Shown piece by piece: positions 23,090-34,215 of a stretch of DNA of 61,096 nt. Each line of letters starts with the position of its first letter. Position 1 is the stretch's first letter. The DNA comes from Candidatus Altimarinota bacterium (GTDB lineage Bacteria; Patescibacteriota; Gracilibacteria; BD1-5; UBA2023), in assembly GCA_043769645.1 (NCBI GenBank), contig JAYVJC010000006.1, forward strand, positions 1 through 61,096, read 5' to 3'. Under the pieces are notes generated by a model. That model did no database searches, was not told where the DNA came from, and worked only from the letters and a program-made list of their open reading frames with translations. A program made the translations under genes and the position numbers.

Positions 23090-24520
23090 ATGCCAACTGC
23101 GTTCACTTTTTCTCTTCTCGAAGCGAGTATTCGCGAAGTATCTTCGAAGATTCGGAAGCAAGACTTCTTGACTTATTTTAAGAAATTTTCACTCCTCTCA
23201 GTCGATGAGAAATCTATCACTATAGGGGTCGTATCTTCCTTCCATCGAGACAACCTCATTCGTAAATTCTATGACGATATCAAGTCCGCCATTCAGACGG
23301 TCGCTCCATCGATAGAAACTCTTGATTTCATCGTCGATGATAGTATCGATACGCGAGGTGAAGAAGAGGTAATCGATGCCCGACTCCTCCTGAAGGATAC
23401 GATCAAAGAGCAAAAAAAACAACAAATCGAATGAGTCGAAATCGTCGATGGACTCAATAGTCGAGTGATCAATGACCGATATAAACTCGATAACTTCATC
23501 ATCGGACCTTCGACGCAGCTTGCGCATGCGGCCTGTGAAGCAGTAGCGAGAAAACCTGGCTCTTCCTACAATCCCCTCTATATCTATGGAGATGTCGGAC
23601 TCGGGAAGACGCACCTCCTTCAGGGAGTCGGGAATACCATCCGTACGAAGCATAAACATCTCAAAGTTATCTATACCACGGCTGATAGGTTTCTCACGGA
23701 CTACGTCTCGAGTGTCAAAAAACGTTCGGTCGATGCCATGCGAGACCGCTATCGAGGAATCGATGTGCTTATCATCGATGATGTCCAGTTTCTCTCAGGG
23801 AAGAAGCAAACGCAAGAAGAGCTCTACAATATCTTCAATATCCTCTATGAAGCTGGGAAACAAGTCATCCTTTCGGGAGATCGTCCGCCGAAGGAACTCA
23901 GTGAACTCGAACCCCGTTTGCAGAGCCGATTTGAGTGGGGAATCACGGTCGATGTCGGTGCCCCTGACTACGAAACTCGTCTTGCGATCATCCAGGAAAA
24001 AGCTCGAGCTCGAGAGTTTATCCTTCCTCAGGATTCATCTGAGTTTATCGCCGAACATGTCACTGGAAATGTCCGGGAACTCGAAGGGATTCTCAATCAG
24101 GTGATCGCTGAATACGATCTCAAAAATACTCCTCCCACAATAGAAAATGTCGCTATGCGTCTCTCGAAGCTCGCGGTGAAGACGATTACTCGAACCCTCG
24201 CTGATGGTGCGGGTCGAAGTATCCGTATCGGAAACTGTAGTTATGAAGATCTCATCCAGGCCGTTTCGAGTCACTTCGGGATCGAAATCCGTATGCTCCT
24301 CTCGGAAGATCGAAAAAAAGAAAATATGATTCCCCGTCAGGTCGCTATGTACCTCCTCAAAAACCGACTGCACTATACCTACGAACGCATCGGGAATATC
24401 TTCTCAGGTCGCAATCATACGGCCGTCATGTACTCGTGCAAGAAGCTCGAATCCGTGATGAAAAAAGACCAACAAGTAGTGTTCGAAGTAAATGTAATTC
24501 GAGATAGACTAGGAATTTAG
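23090..24520 (+). CDS. dnaA: chromosomal replication initiator protein DnaA
   Basis: Contains NPLYIYGDVGLGKTHLL (Walker A), LIIDDVQFL, a box VII region, and the C-terminal DNA-binding part (...IPRQVAMYLLKNRLHYTYERIGNIFSGRNHTAVMYSCKK...). A single TGA at 23432 joins the two track ORFs. Confidence 0.95.
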
Positions 24521-24571
24521 TTGACAAATTATACTTTATAAGTAAAAAGATTAAGAAATTTTAATCTTTTT

Positions 24572-25108
24572 ATGTGAAAAAATCCTCTTAGACCTGTATC
24601 TTGAGATATAACTTCAGTAGATACTCATTGATTCGATGTATTCACTTGAGTAGAAAAGAGTGAACTCTATACATTCGCACTATCTATAGAATCGAAAATT
24701 GTTCGAGTATCACCTGAACTTTTACGAGATTTAGCTGAGTTTAATCAAAGAAGGTTTTCCCAAAAACATCCTGATAAAAAATTTGTACCAAATCTTTCGT
24801 CCTACAAAAAAGCTCAAAAATACAGCTGAAAAGATAATGAGTATGTGATGGAACTTGATAGAATAAAGTATCTTGCTGAGCTTTGACTTTATTGAGAACC
24901 ATGAGAAGAAATCAAAGATACAGTATTAGTCATTTCAACAAAAAGTAATCGAATTCTCTGAATCTGATACAAAGTACTCAAATGAGGGAAAGAAAGAGTT
25001 CGATGTTTTGTACGGTATTCTACTCTTACTGAGAAAAGACAGAAAGCAGAACTCGTAATTCAAGAGATTTCTCAGAGATTCTGAAATGTTTTTGATTCAA
25101 GAAAATAG
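24572..25108 (+). CDS. hypothetical protein (TGA-dense)
   Basis: ATG at 24572 and TAG at 25106. It has 178 codons, 12 of them TGA, and no TAA or TAG in frame. No homology recognised. Confidence 0.45.
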
Positions 25109-25163
25109 TTTCATTGCATTTTTGACTATTTCTCATACGATATTCTATATAAACCCCTGATAC

Positions 25164-25826
25164 ATGCTTTCTATCGTCTCTACTCCCATCGGGAACCTCG
25201 AAGATATCACCCTAAGGGCACTGAGAATTCTGAAAGAGGCTTACTATATCGCTTGTGAGGATACGCGAGTCACGGGGCAACTGCTTGGATATTATGATAT
25301 ACCGAACAATGGTCGCCTCCTCTCGTTTCATTCACATTCTGGGTTTTCGAAACTCGATAAGATCATAGAGTTACTTAAAGAGGGAAAACATATCGCCCTT
25401 GTTTCGGATGCTGGTACTCCTGGAATTAGTGACCCAGGATTTGTCCTCATCAGGCGTGCTGTAGAAGAGGGGATTACGGTCGTCCCTATTCCAGGCGCTT
25501 CTGCTGTCCTCTGCGCACTCGTTGCGAGTGGGATCGATTGCCATCAGTATCTCTATCTCGGATTCCTTCCCGTGAAGAAGTGACGTCAAACCATGCTCAA
25601 ATCCCTCGTGAACAAAGAGTATACAGTTGTCATCTATGAATCTGTCCATCGTATCGAGAAAACACTAGAAGAACTCGGGCAATACCTCTGAGAAGATCAT
25701 CATATCGTCGTCGGACGTGAGATCACGAAGAAGTTTGAAGAGTTCAAGCGGGGGAGTATTGCAGAAGTGAGAGAATACTATAAATGAGAAGGGAAGGTGA
25801 AGGGGGAATTTGTACTTGTGTTTTAA
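25164..25826 (+). CDS. rsmI: 16S rRNA (cytidine1402-2'-O)-methyltransferase RsmI
   Basis: Contains STPIGNLEDITLRALRIL, CEDTR, SDAGTPGISDPG, PGASA and YESVHRI motifs. TGA codons join track ORF 25164..25583 to the C-terminal part; TAA at 25824. Confidence 0.9.
25797..25826. repeat. direct repeat copy 1 (3' end of rsmI)
   Basis: gtgaagggggaatttgtacttgtgttttaa. It has an imperfect copy at 26453..26482. Confidence 0.75.
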
Positions 25827-25849
25827 AATAAATTGATTATAAGATACAA

Positions 25850-26368
25850 ATGTGATTTTCCCATCAACTACAAAGTCCGGAGGTTCAACTTGCGAGCGCA
25901 GTATCTCTATCATTCACTATTTTTTTAGAAGAAATAGCATCACAGTATCCATATGCAAGAATTCTTGCCTTTAAAAAATGGCACTCCGCTGAATCTCTTG
26001 TGGAAAAATTCAATGATAAAACTAGATTTTTTCGAATTCTTCGATGAGAGAATGGACAAATACTGGCCTATTTTGAATCCAAACAATGCTGAGAAGTTGG
26101 AAAAGAGAATGTGCAAGTCATTCAATGGTTTTTTGTCTGATGAGACGTGAGAAGACAATGAATACTCAGGCAAATATGGGAGCAATTTGTCGAATGGTGC
26201 TCGATTAATGGCTACGAATATATCTGGAGCATGACTACTCTCCAAAATCATATCTCTCAAAATGTACATCGTGCTCTTTTTGGACCCGGTACTTCCCAAT
26301 TAATTCAGTCACCAGATGGTCATTCGTATAGATATGTTTTGGATCTGGAAAACAGAATTGAAAAATAA
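25850..26368 (+). CDS. GNAT-family N-acetyltransferase, putative
   Basis: ATG at 25850 with 6 in-frame TGA codons; TAA at 26366. ...VQVIQWFFVGGDVRRQGILRQIWEQFVEWCSINGYEYIW... resembles GNAT motif A (R/Q-x-x-G-x-G/A). Confidence 0.55.
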
Positions 26369-26452
26369 ATCTTCTAATTATAATCACCTCACCCGAACTA
26401 GAACTCACATTTTTGATAGAATCAGAAGTTATTATTTATCAGAAAGGATATG

Positions 26453-26482
26453 TGAAGGCTGAATTTGTACTGGTGTTTTAGT
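26453..26482. repeat. direct repeat copy 2 (degenerate duplicate of the rsmI 3' end)
   Basis: gtgaaggctgaatttgtactggtgttttag. Upstream codons read ...EVIIYQKGYVKAEFVLVF*, which compares with the rsmI end ...EVREYYKGEGKVKGEFVLVF*. Confidence 0.75.
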
Positions 26483-26518
26483 AGAGAATTTGACTGATGA
26501 GGGAAAGTATGATAGATT

Positions 26519-29320
26519 ATGAATATGTGATTACTTGATCGTATCAGGGAAGGCTTTACTAGAAATTCTCGACTAGATATTCAATATGCTGAAAGTTTAC
26601 GGAAAAGAGCTGATTTATTTGCGATCCCAGATGGTCGTTATCAGGAACTTCTGAACAGATATGAAAAAGGTATCTCTCTGTGAAAAGTACTTCAGGAATG
26701 AGGTTCCCGATATTCTTTCGCATACTGACTTGAGGCCTATATTTTTTATGGGACGAAAAGGTTAGGAACAAAATTTGAAGTACTAACACTAAAACGAGAA
26801 ACTGAGATATCAGAATTTATTCGGTGAATGAGTGAGTTTTGAGAAGATATTCGTATGAGTTTCTGACACTTTATGAAGGATCGGGAGGAAGCTCGGAGAT
26901 TTCAAAGACTCTGTTTTTTATGACATTATTGGCAGACCCAGAAAGGTACACTTTGAAAATCACCATATATCAATGGTAAACTAAAACTGCATGAGCTCCT
27001 GGCTCAGGAACTCGCCTATATGAATTTTGCCTCCTCAAAGCCTAAACTTTGAAGTAAGTTACATATGGAAGAAAGTGATCTTCTGGAGAGGCAAAAGCAA
27101 GTACATATTCAAGGACTCCCGAACTCAGTAGGTCTTCTTTGAATTAAGTTTATACAACCACATGATGGAGTTACCCTCCTTGAAGAGTACTTCGTAGTCA
27201 AGAATCCATCTTTCTCAGAAATACGAGCCCAGGGGGCAAATATGTTAGCAATATGGCCACTCTTTTTTAAGAAACATGCACAACTCTTAAGTTCTGATGA
27301 CCCAATCGTTGATGAATTGAGAAAACTTCTCTGAGAAGCATATTTTTGAGTACTTTTAGACGGAGTGGAAACATCAAAACTAGACTGAATCGTTCACCAA
27401 GTTGAAACTCGGGTAGCTGATATTCAGTGATCAGGTGGATGAAAAACATCAGAATGGCAATCAAAAATTGAACCAGAAAGACCCCTTATCCAATCAGGAA
27501 TTCCGAGTGACTATAGGTTCAAAAAACCGAGTATGAGATCGCCCTTTATTCGATCATTATCGAATTCACGTACCGGTGAAGTGACGGTGAAAAGGGAAGA
27601 TATAGTACAGACGATTCCTCATAAAAAATATACCCTTCTCTGGCTCTATGTACCAGATGAAACAGGATCTAAGGAATGAATTTGGAAAAGTGTCGCCGAT
27701 GCCTCCAGTATTACTATCTTCTGCGTCCCAGGGTTTCGCTATCAGTGCACTTTTTCTCGACCAGAAAATACTGAATACGAATGAATCGAAGCAGGTATTA
27801 TTACTGATTTTTTCTATGAAATAAGAACCAGTGTTCCATCTCAGAAATCGAATAATCCTGCAGGGAACACAAAAATTGAAAGAGATACTTCTGATGATGG
27901 GGGTTCTACTATTCAGATAATAAAAGGTACATCAATATCAGTAAGAGATGTATTTTTAAAACTAGATATCATCCAGAGTATTCATGATGAAGTCACTCAG
28001 GGTAACAGTACGCCATATTATGATGCATGAAAAAATATGTATACTTTGATGATCGCGTATTGAGACGATTATATCTATTTAGAATACAATCTTATAACTC
28101 AAGAAGCTCAAGTACGCTATTGAGATCTTCAGTTTGAAGATGAGAGTACTGTAATTAAGAGCGAAATTGACGCCTATTTTGAGAAAGTAGTACTTCGGGT
28201 AACACAAGAAAAAAATGAAGAAAAAAATCGTAAATTATGAGAATTGGGAAAATATACTACGGGAATTGTATGAGCACTTCGAGAACATACTCCAGTCCTT
28301 CCTTCTTTTCGATACAATGATAAACTATTTACAGGAATCTGGGTGATGATGTGAAAAGGGAATCATCATGTAGAAAAAATGCTCGACTCAATTTCTCAAA
28401 AGGGTTTAGAAATAGTTGCAGAAAGATCATGAGAGTGATGATCAGAACTCAGGATTCAGCTCCGATTTGAAGAGGAAGCCGAGACATTATGAACCATAAC
28501 ATCAACACCCCAAGAACCATACTATGCGATAGCTCTTCAAAAAAGTCATCCACAGGTGCAATTTATCGGATCTATCCTACAGGATATGTATTTTATATTC
28601 GGTTACATATGAGCAAGAGCTGGATGAGTCATAGTCGAAACATGAAGAAAAACATGAAATAAAAGATATATCCTGGATGAAGAATTACCATCCATCTTGG
28701 AGTATTGATTTATTGATCAACAAAGTAGGCCTGATCAATTGGTAAAAACAAAAATCCTCACGTGATATGAATTAGGATTTGTCAGAGATAATATCTATCG
28801 TTGGATTTTGTGAGAGTGAAAATCTAGGATGAAAGATGGTAGTATAGAATGAAAGAAACATCAATATCTTCTCAAAACTGATAATAATATTGAAAGCATT
28901 GTTCTTCTCGACGAGAGGATACAGTATGCCGGATATTGAGAAACTCCTGAGGTTTATGAAAAAATAAGAAGGAATAAAAGACTACAAAAATACTTTATAT
29001 TGAGAATGGTTGCAACTATCATAGGTCGGAGTTTTCGAAATAAGAGCCCATTTCCAGGAAGAATGCAAGCTGAATTCAAAAGTTTCTGGAGTGGAATCGA
29101 CAGAGTGATTCAAGAAAAATTTCTCGCTTGTATGCAAGAATGAGTATGATGATCTGGGGAAGCTCTAGCCTTGAAATGTAGAGATGGAATATCTTTATTT
29201 GAAAAAATGCTGAACTATTTCGAATCACATGATATCGCACTCCTCTACGTAAACCCCGTACTCATAGATGTAGATAGTTTTGTAAAAGAGGCGCAAAAAC
29301 TTGGATATATGAAGGATTAG
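26519..29320 (+). CDS. large hypothetical protein, 933 aa, 41 in-frame TGA codons
   Basis: Every frame-2 codon from the upstream TAG (26513) to TAG 29318 was read. There is no TAA or TAG in frame, there are 41 TGA codons, and the ATG is at 26519. The standard track has no ORF of 60 aa or more between 27465 and 29411. No domain recognised. Confidence 0.7.
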
Positions 29321-29411
29321 AAGTATATATTTTCTTGTGTTTTTAGATTTTTATTTATAATCCATCTATCCGAGCTACAACTCGCGTGTTTATTCTATAG
29401 TCGCAACTATT

Positions 29412-30542
29412 ATGGTTTCCCAGCTCAATGCTCGGCACAAGCCGAAGTATACCCTTTTGACATTTTATAAATTCGTCGATATTCCAGAGTCTGAACTTGA
29501 TAGAGTCGCGCAAGAACACCTGGATTTCACTCGAGATATCGGCCTTCGAGGACGTGTCTATATAGGCACTGAGGGTATCAGCTCCACCGTCACCGGAAAT
29601 GAGTGACAGTGCTGGGCCTATCGGCAGTTTCTTGAAACATCACAGTATTTTCGAGATATCCCCGATATTGATAGTAAGGCCACCTCAGTAGATAATCATG
29701 AGTTTCCTCGGATGAGTGTGAAGATTCGCAATGAAATCGTCACATTTGGGGTAAAAGTCACAGCCGAGCAAGTACAAAAATACAAGAAAGAACTTACACC
29801 AGAGCAATTCAAAGATATCCTCGAATCCGAGAAAAAAGCTGACTATGTGATTCTTGACATGAGAAATGACTATGAGTACCGACTTGGTCACTTTAAGAAC
29901 GCTATCCCCGCAGGAACGGTCAATTTCCGTGAAGTCCCGAATCTCCTCGAGCGGTATCATGAGCTCGCGAAGGGGAAGAAGGTCATCTGGTACTGTACGG
30001 GAGGGATTCGGTGTGAGAAGGCTGCTGTTCTCGCGAACGAGCTCTCGGATACCGAGTTCTACTCGATACAGTGATGAGTGGTCAAGTATGTCAATGAATT
30101 CAATGATGGAAACTGGCTCGGGAATCTCTATACCTTTGATGGTCGCGTCTCAACAGCCGTTGGTGATGCACAAACTCATACGACAATCTGAGAATGCCTC
30201 TATACTGGGGAAAAAACTGATAATTGCGAAAATTGTCGATATGCACCATGCAACGCTCGAATGATCGCAACTCCATCGGCCTATAAGAAGCATATGGGTT
30301 TCTGTTCGGAAGCTTGTTACCAGAGTGCTCGCCAGGATGGACTTGTGAAAGTAGTCCCATGGGATAAGCTCGATTATCTCTCACTTGGTCGTGAAATGCG
30401 AAACTCCCCCTTATTAAATGGAAATGGGGTGATTTTGCACCCAGTAATAGAAAAAATCCAGAAGCATCTCGATTCCAAACTTTCCAAGATCGAATGGAGG
30501 TATAAAATGAGTCAAAAAGAAGAAGAAATAATCGAATGTTAA
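29412..30542 (+). CDS. trhO: rhodanese-domain tRNA uridine(34) hydroxylase TrhO (YceA/UPF0176)
   Basis: Contains ...LTFYKFVDIPE..., GRVYIGTEGISSTV and a rhodanese active-site loop (YCTGGIRCEKA). Three track ORFs (29412.., 29712.., 30261..) are joined by TGA codons, with the frames checked. Confidence 0.85.
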
Positions 30543-30597
30543 AATAAATTGACTAATTATAATTAGTATATATTATATTTCAATTATTATTATTTTT

Positions 30598-31089
30598 ATG
30601 TTTATACTGACGACTTCATGAGTTCTTGATGGAAATATGGACTGACATGCTTGAGTTACTTCCTCAAACGTTATTCGTCCTGTAAAATTAGAAAATTGAG
30701 TAAAAGTTGATACTATTCTATCATCTCTGAGAGGGACTTCTATATCTAATGCAAGAGAAGCAAGGAAATATTTGATCGAACTCTATCCAGAACTTGAAGA
30801 AATACTCTGAGAAAATCTCTGAGAAGATGATCAAGTAAAAGCTGATACAATTATCATGTCTTTTTTTGAAGAGTTTAGTTGAGTAGATTCAGTTCTTACG
30901 AATCAAAAAAATGCGGTCAGGGAAACTATCAAGAATTGGGCCAAAGAGGAATCAGTTAAGCTTTATGAACGAGAATACTGAATTTGAAGCTTTACTGCTT
31001 GAACCTCGCCAATGCAATTAAAGTTTTTATGGATATTCTCAACGAAGTTATATAGTTTATCATGAAATTCTGGAGGGTGGCTTAAATAG
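30598..31089 (+). CDS. hypothetical protein (TGA-dense)
   Basis: ATG at 30598 and TAG at 31087. It has 163 codons, about 11 of them TGA. A strong terminator follows it. Confidence 0.4.
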
Positions 31090-31110
31090 CTATGACTTTA
31101 GTAAATGTTT

Positions 31111-31141
31111 GAACCCCGCCATAACAGCGGGGTTCTTTTTG
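31111..31141 (+). terminator. rho-independent terminator
   Basis: gaaccccgc-cataaca-gcggggttc followed by ttttt. Confidence 0.75.
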
Positions 31142-31183
31142 TGGGAAAGGTAGAGTTTTCTACTTCCTTTTTCGGAAGGGATC

Positions 31184-31390
31184 TTAGTGTCCATTGAACA
31201 ACCAAAGGAGTGGAACGAAAAACAGCTTCCAGAGGAAAAGTCCGACGACTATTGCATCTATCAAAAACCTAGTTCCTAAGGATAGCACAAACCCAAGTAC
31301 TCCCCAAAGAATTGGGGAACCTCCGAGGTAGTTGGAGATCAGGCCAAAAATCAATGCAACTACTGTTGCAAAAATAGTAAATTCCTTCAC
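31184..31390 (-). CDS. small membrane protein (68 aa)
   Basis: Track ORF with a GTG start and TAA stop. Two or three hydrophobic helices. It is preceded by an unusually GC-rich structured leader. Confidence 0.5.
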   Translation of the reverse strand: MKEFTIFATVVALIFGLISNYLGGSPILWGVLGFVLSLGTRFLIDAIVVGLFLWKLFFVPLLWLFNGH

Positions 31391-31505
31391 GGGATACCCC
31401 TTTCCCTGTCCACCTCACCGTGAATGGGAGAATCGTGACCGCAGTGAGCGGGTGGGCGAACGCCCGAATTCCCCAGCCACTTATAAGCTGGACCTATATA
31501 TAATA
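31391..31505 (-). promoter_or_regulatory. GC-rich structured 5' leader (candidate cis-regulatory RNA, unclassified)
   Basis: On the minus strand it has CCAGC-uuauaagug-GCUGG and GGGC-guuc-GCCC hairpins. It also has a long interrupted helix (CCACC..CUCAC / GUGAG..GUGG) and a GGGA...UCCC element next to the GTG start. It stands out against AT-rich flanks. Confidence 0.3.
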
Positions 31506-31567
31506 CTTTATTAACGATTGTATGTCAATATTTTGCAAAAAATATAAATTTATAGTAACATCAAGAT

Positions 31568-32572
31568 ATGTCATTAAAACCTCAAAATGAAATAACAGTG
31601 CAATTCCAAAATATTGCAGCATGACTCAATGACGGTGCTCGATATAGCACTGAATGATCATGGCAGTTTTTCGTATCACAATCACCAGAAGAAATATATG
31701 ATAACTTTCGTACACATATTGATCCAATGATAGATCCAATATTAAAACAGGATTCAGACGTAGTTAGTTTCAGTGAAGTTTTTGGAGTAAGACAAAGAGA
31801 TTACATAAAGGCAAAACTCGAATGACTTGGCTATACCGTATATTTTACCGATGCATTTGAGATGTGGAGTCAGATGGTAGAGGGGGAACATCTTTATAAT
31901 ATGGTCTGAATAAAAGAAGATAAGTTATGAAAACCGGAAGTTACTCATCATGAGTTTAGAAATAAAAGAAAAATTGAAGGGGTAGCATTTGCTATGAATT
32001 ACCTATTCCCCGTTCTTCCGTATACTCCAAGAAATAATAATACCCAGAAAGTATTAGCCCATGTATGAAATAGAGTAAAAGATATTGTGAATTGAGAAAG
32101 AGGTATTCAAGTCAAGACGAGTCCAGAAATTGGAAAAGCAAAAGCTATCTATAATAGACTTGCAAACGGAATACTTGATTGAGCTATAACAGTTTTAGAT
32201 TTTGATTGATTTACCTTTGCAACTGGTCATGTCCATAAGTTTAATTATGAAGTCGTCAGAAAACTAGAAGGCAGTATCTCAGATAAACCATTTATGCTTC
32301 TCTGAGATATGAATGTAGATGAATGAGATATCATAAAAACACATCCTCCATTTGCTACTCCAGACTGGAAAAGTATTCTCGATCCAAAAACACGTACATT
32401 TTGATTTCGTGCTAGGAGATGACTTGGAAATAGAATAGCAACGGAGTTATCGCATTTTCAGCCAGATGTTTTAGTAGCAAAGTGATTTGATGCCCAGCGA
32501 GTAACAACAGTAAGATCTAAAAGTGATCATGATGGAATTGCTGCAACGATGACCTACGATAAAGCAGGATAA
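31568..32572 (+). CDS. endonuclease/exonuclease/phosphatase (EEP) family protein
   Basis: ATG at 31568 with 14 in-frame TGA codons; TAA at 32570. LLGDMNVDE and a C-terminal SKSDHDGIA resemble the EEP catalytic motifs. It is absent from the standard track. Confidence 0.6.
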
Positions 32573-32590
32573 TTTACAGGTTACAATTCA

Positions 32591-33940
32591 CTACCTCTTT
32601 ATCTTTATCCGTACGGTAAATCCACTTTTTTCCCCTGATTCGATCGTACAGCTTCCGTGGTGGAGGCGGGCGATGGTTTCGATGATCGAGAGTCCGATAC
32701 CCATACTTCCGAGGTTTTCTTGCTGATTCCGACCCTTATCGACGCGGTAGAACTTTTCTTTGACGAATGCGATTTCTTCTGCGGGGACTCAGGCTCCATT
32801 GTCCGCGAAGGTAAGGACATAGTGTTCAGTAGAGCGTTCGATGGAGATGCGAAGTTTCGTACCCAGTCATGCGTACTTGATAAAGTTCGAGAAGATATTA
32901 TGCAATATCTGGATAAACATATGCTCATCCATACTCATATTGAAGTGAGGAAGGACTGAACTCACTATAGTCTGATTCGTCTTCAGGAGCTGTGGACTAT
33001 ACTCAGTGATGATATTCTCGATAAGCGGTGGAACGAGGAATCTTTCGACTCGGATATCTTGGAAGGTATTATGAGTGAGCGATTCATATGCCATAATCTG
33101 ACCCGTAATATCTGTGAGTCTCGTGAGTTCTTTTCCGAGGAGGGGAGTGAGTTTTTCATCCATCCGCATCACTCCATCTTCTATCGCTTCGAGATAGCAC
33201 TGGAGGGCGGTGATCGGAGTACGGATTTCGTGAGAGATATCTGAGAGAAAGTTTGAACGAATTTTTTCCTGGATGGCAAGAGTTTTCTGGAGGGAGTTGA
33301 TCGTATCGATAAGCGGAAGGAATTCATCCTTTCGGATATAGCGAGTACTCGAGTATTCCCCCTTTTCGATGATCTTCTCGATGTTTTCTGTGACGAGATC
33401 GATAGGCGTAAATATTCGCCGCATCCAGATGATATAACCCAAGACGATGACGATCAGCCAGGTAATATTGAGAAAGAGGATATTTCGTAAGATATTGATT
33501 ATAAATCTTCATTCGGGACTATCAGATGTTATACTCGTTGGATTTGTGAGAAAGCTGATAAAGTAGGAAGATGGAGACTCTACTTGAGGAAGCCCTACTA
33601 TGCTCGTAGCAGATCCCGTTCCTCACTTCCCGAACGAAGGAGAACCAGTTCCAGCATAGAGATCGGGATTGCGACTGACATTTTCAAGAGCGGTAGAAAT
33701 CGTAGAAAGTTCTCAGATAATATCGGAATATTCTTTTTGTTTATCAGGATCGAGTTTGTCGATGCTGGCAAAGGCCTTGAGTAGAGTAGGATCTGGTGCA
33801 CTTCCACGCTCTATTTCTAGCTCTCTCAGATACACACTAAAACCTCGATCGCTAAAAATACTGAGTCCTCCGATATTTACGGCGATGGTCAGGATGAGGA
33901 GGGTAGTGGTGATGAGAGGAATCTGGTAGACGAGACGCAA
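32591..33940 (-). CDS. sensor histidine kinase (HisKA + HATPase_c), orphan
   Basis: H-box FLSDISHEIRTPITAL, N-box region ...IFSNFIKYA-G(TGA)-LGT..., G-boxes FADNGAGVPAEE and GSMGIGLSII, and two TM segments. It joins track ORFs 33713..33940 and 32867..33442 and the tail. TTG start at 33940. No response regulator lies next to it. Confidence 0.85.
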
Positions 33941-34009
33941 AGGGGAAAAGTAAGGTTATATGCTCATTATAAGAATGACTGGGATTATAAAGAAAAATCC
34001 TAAAAAGAA

Positions 34010-34215
34010 AAGGGGGATTGTGGATTTGCTGGTTAGCTGGTTTGGAGCGAGGCGAGAAGCTGGGAAGCCGGGAAGCCAGTAGGCTGGGAAAAGATGGATA
34101 AGAACTAAAAAATAAAAAATAAAAGATGAAAGTTAAGATGCAGATAAGCTGGAATTCTGGTGAGCTGATTCGGGGTGAAGCTAGGAGGCTGGGAGCCTGA
34201 TTAGTGGGAGATGAA
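34010..34215. repeat. purine-rich degenerate GCTGG(G/A)A-type low-complexity repeats (intergenic)
   Basis: ...gctggttagctggtttggagcgaggcgagaagctgggaagccgggaagccagtaggctggga... and ...gctggaattctggtgagctg...gaggctgggagcctg... It lies between the divergent histidine kinase and gltX. A hairpin (ctcttcgtc...gaacgaagaa) follows near 34273..34301. Confidence 0.55.

Noticed and set aside
23198-24373. Track ORFs 23198..23659(-), 23293..23502(-), 23586..24104(+) and 24035..24373(-) overlapping dnaA.
   Set aside because: They are alternative-frame or antisense ORFs inside a clearly identified dnaA gene.
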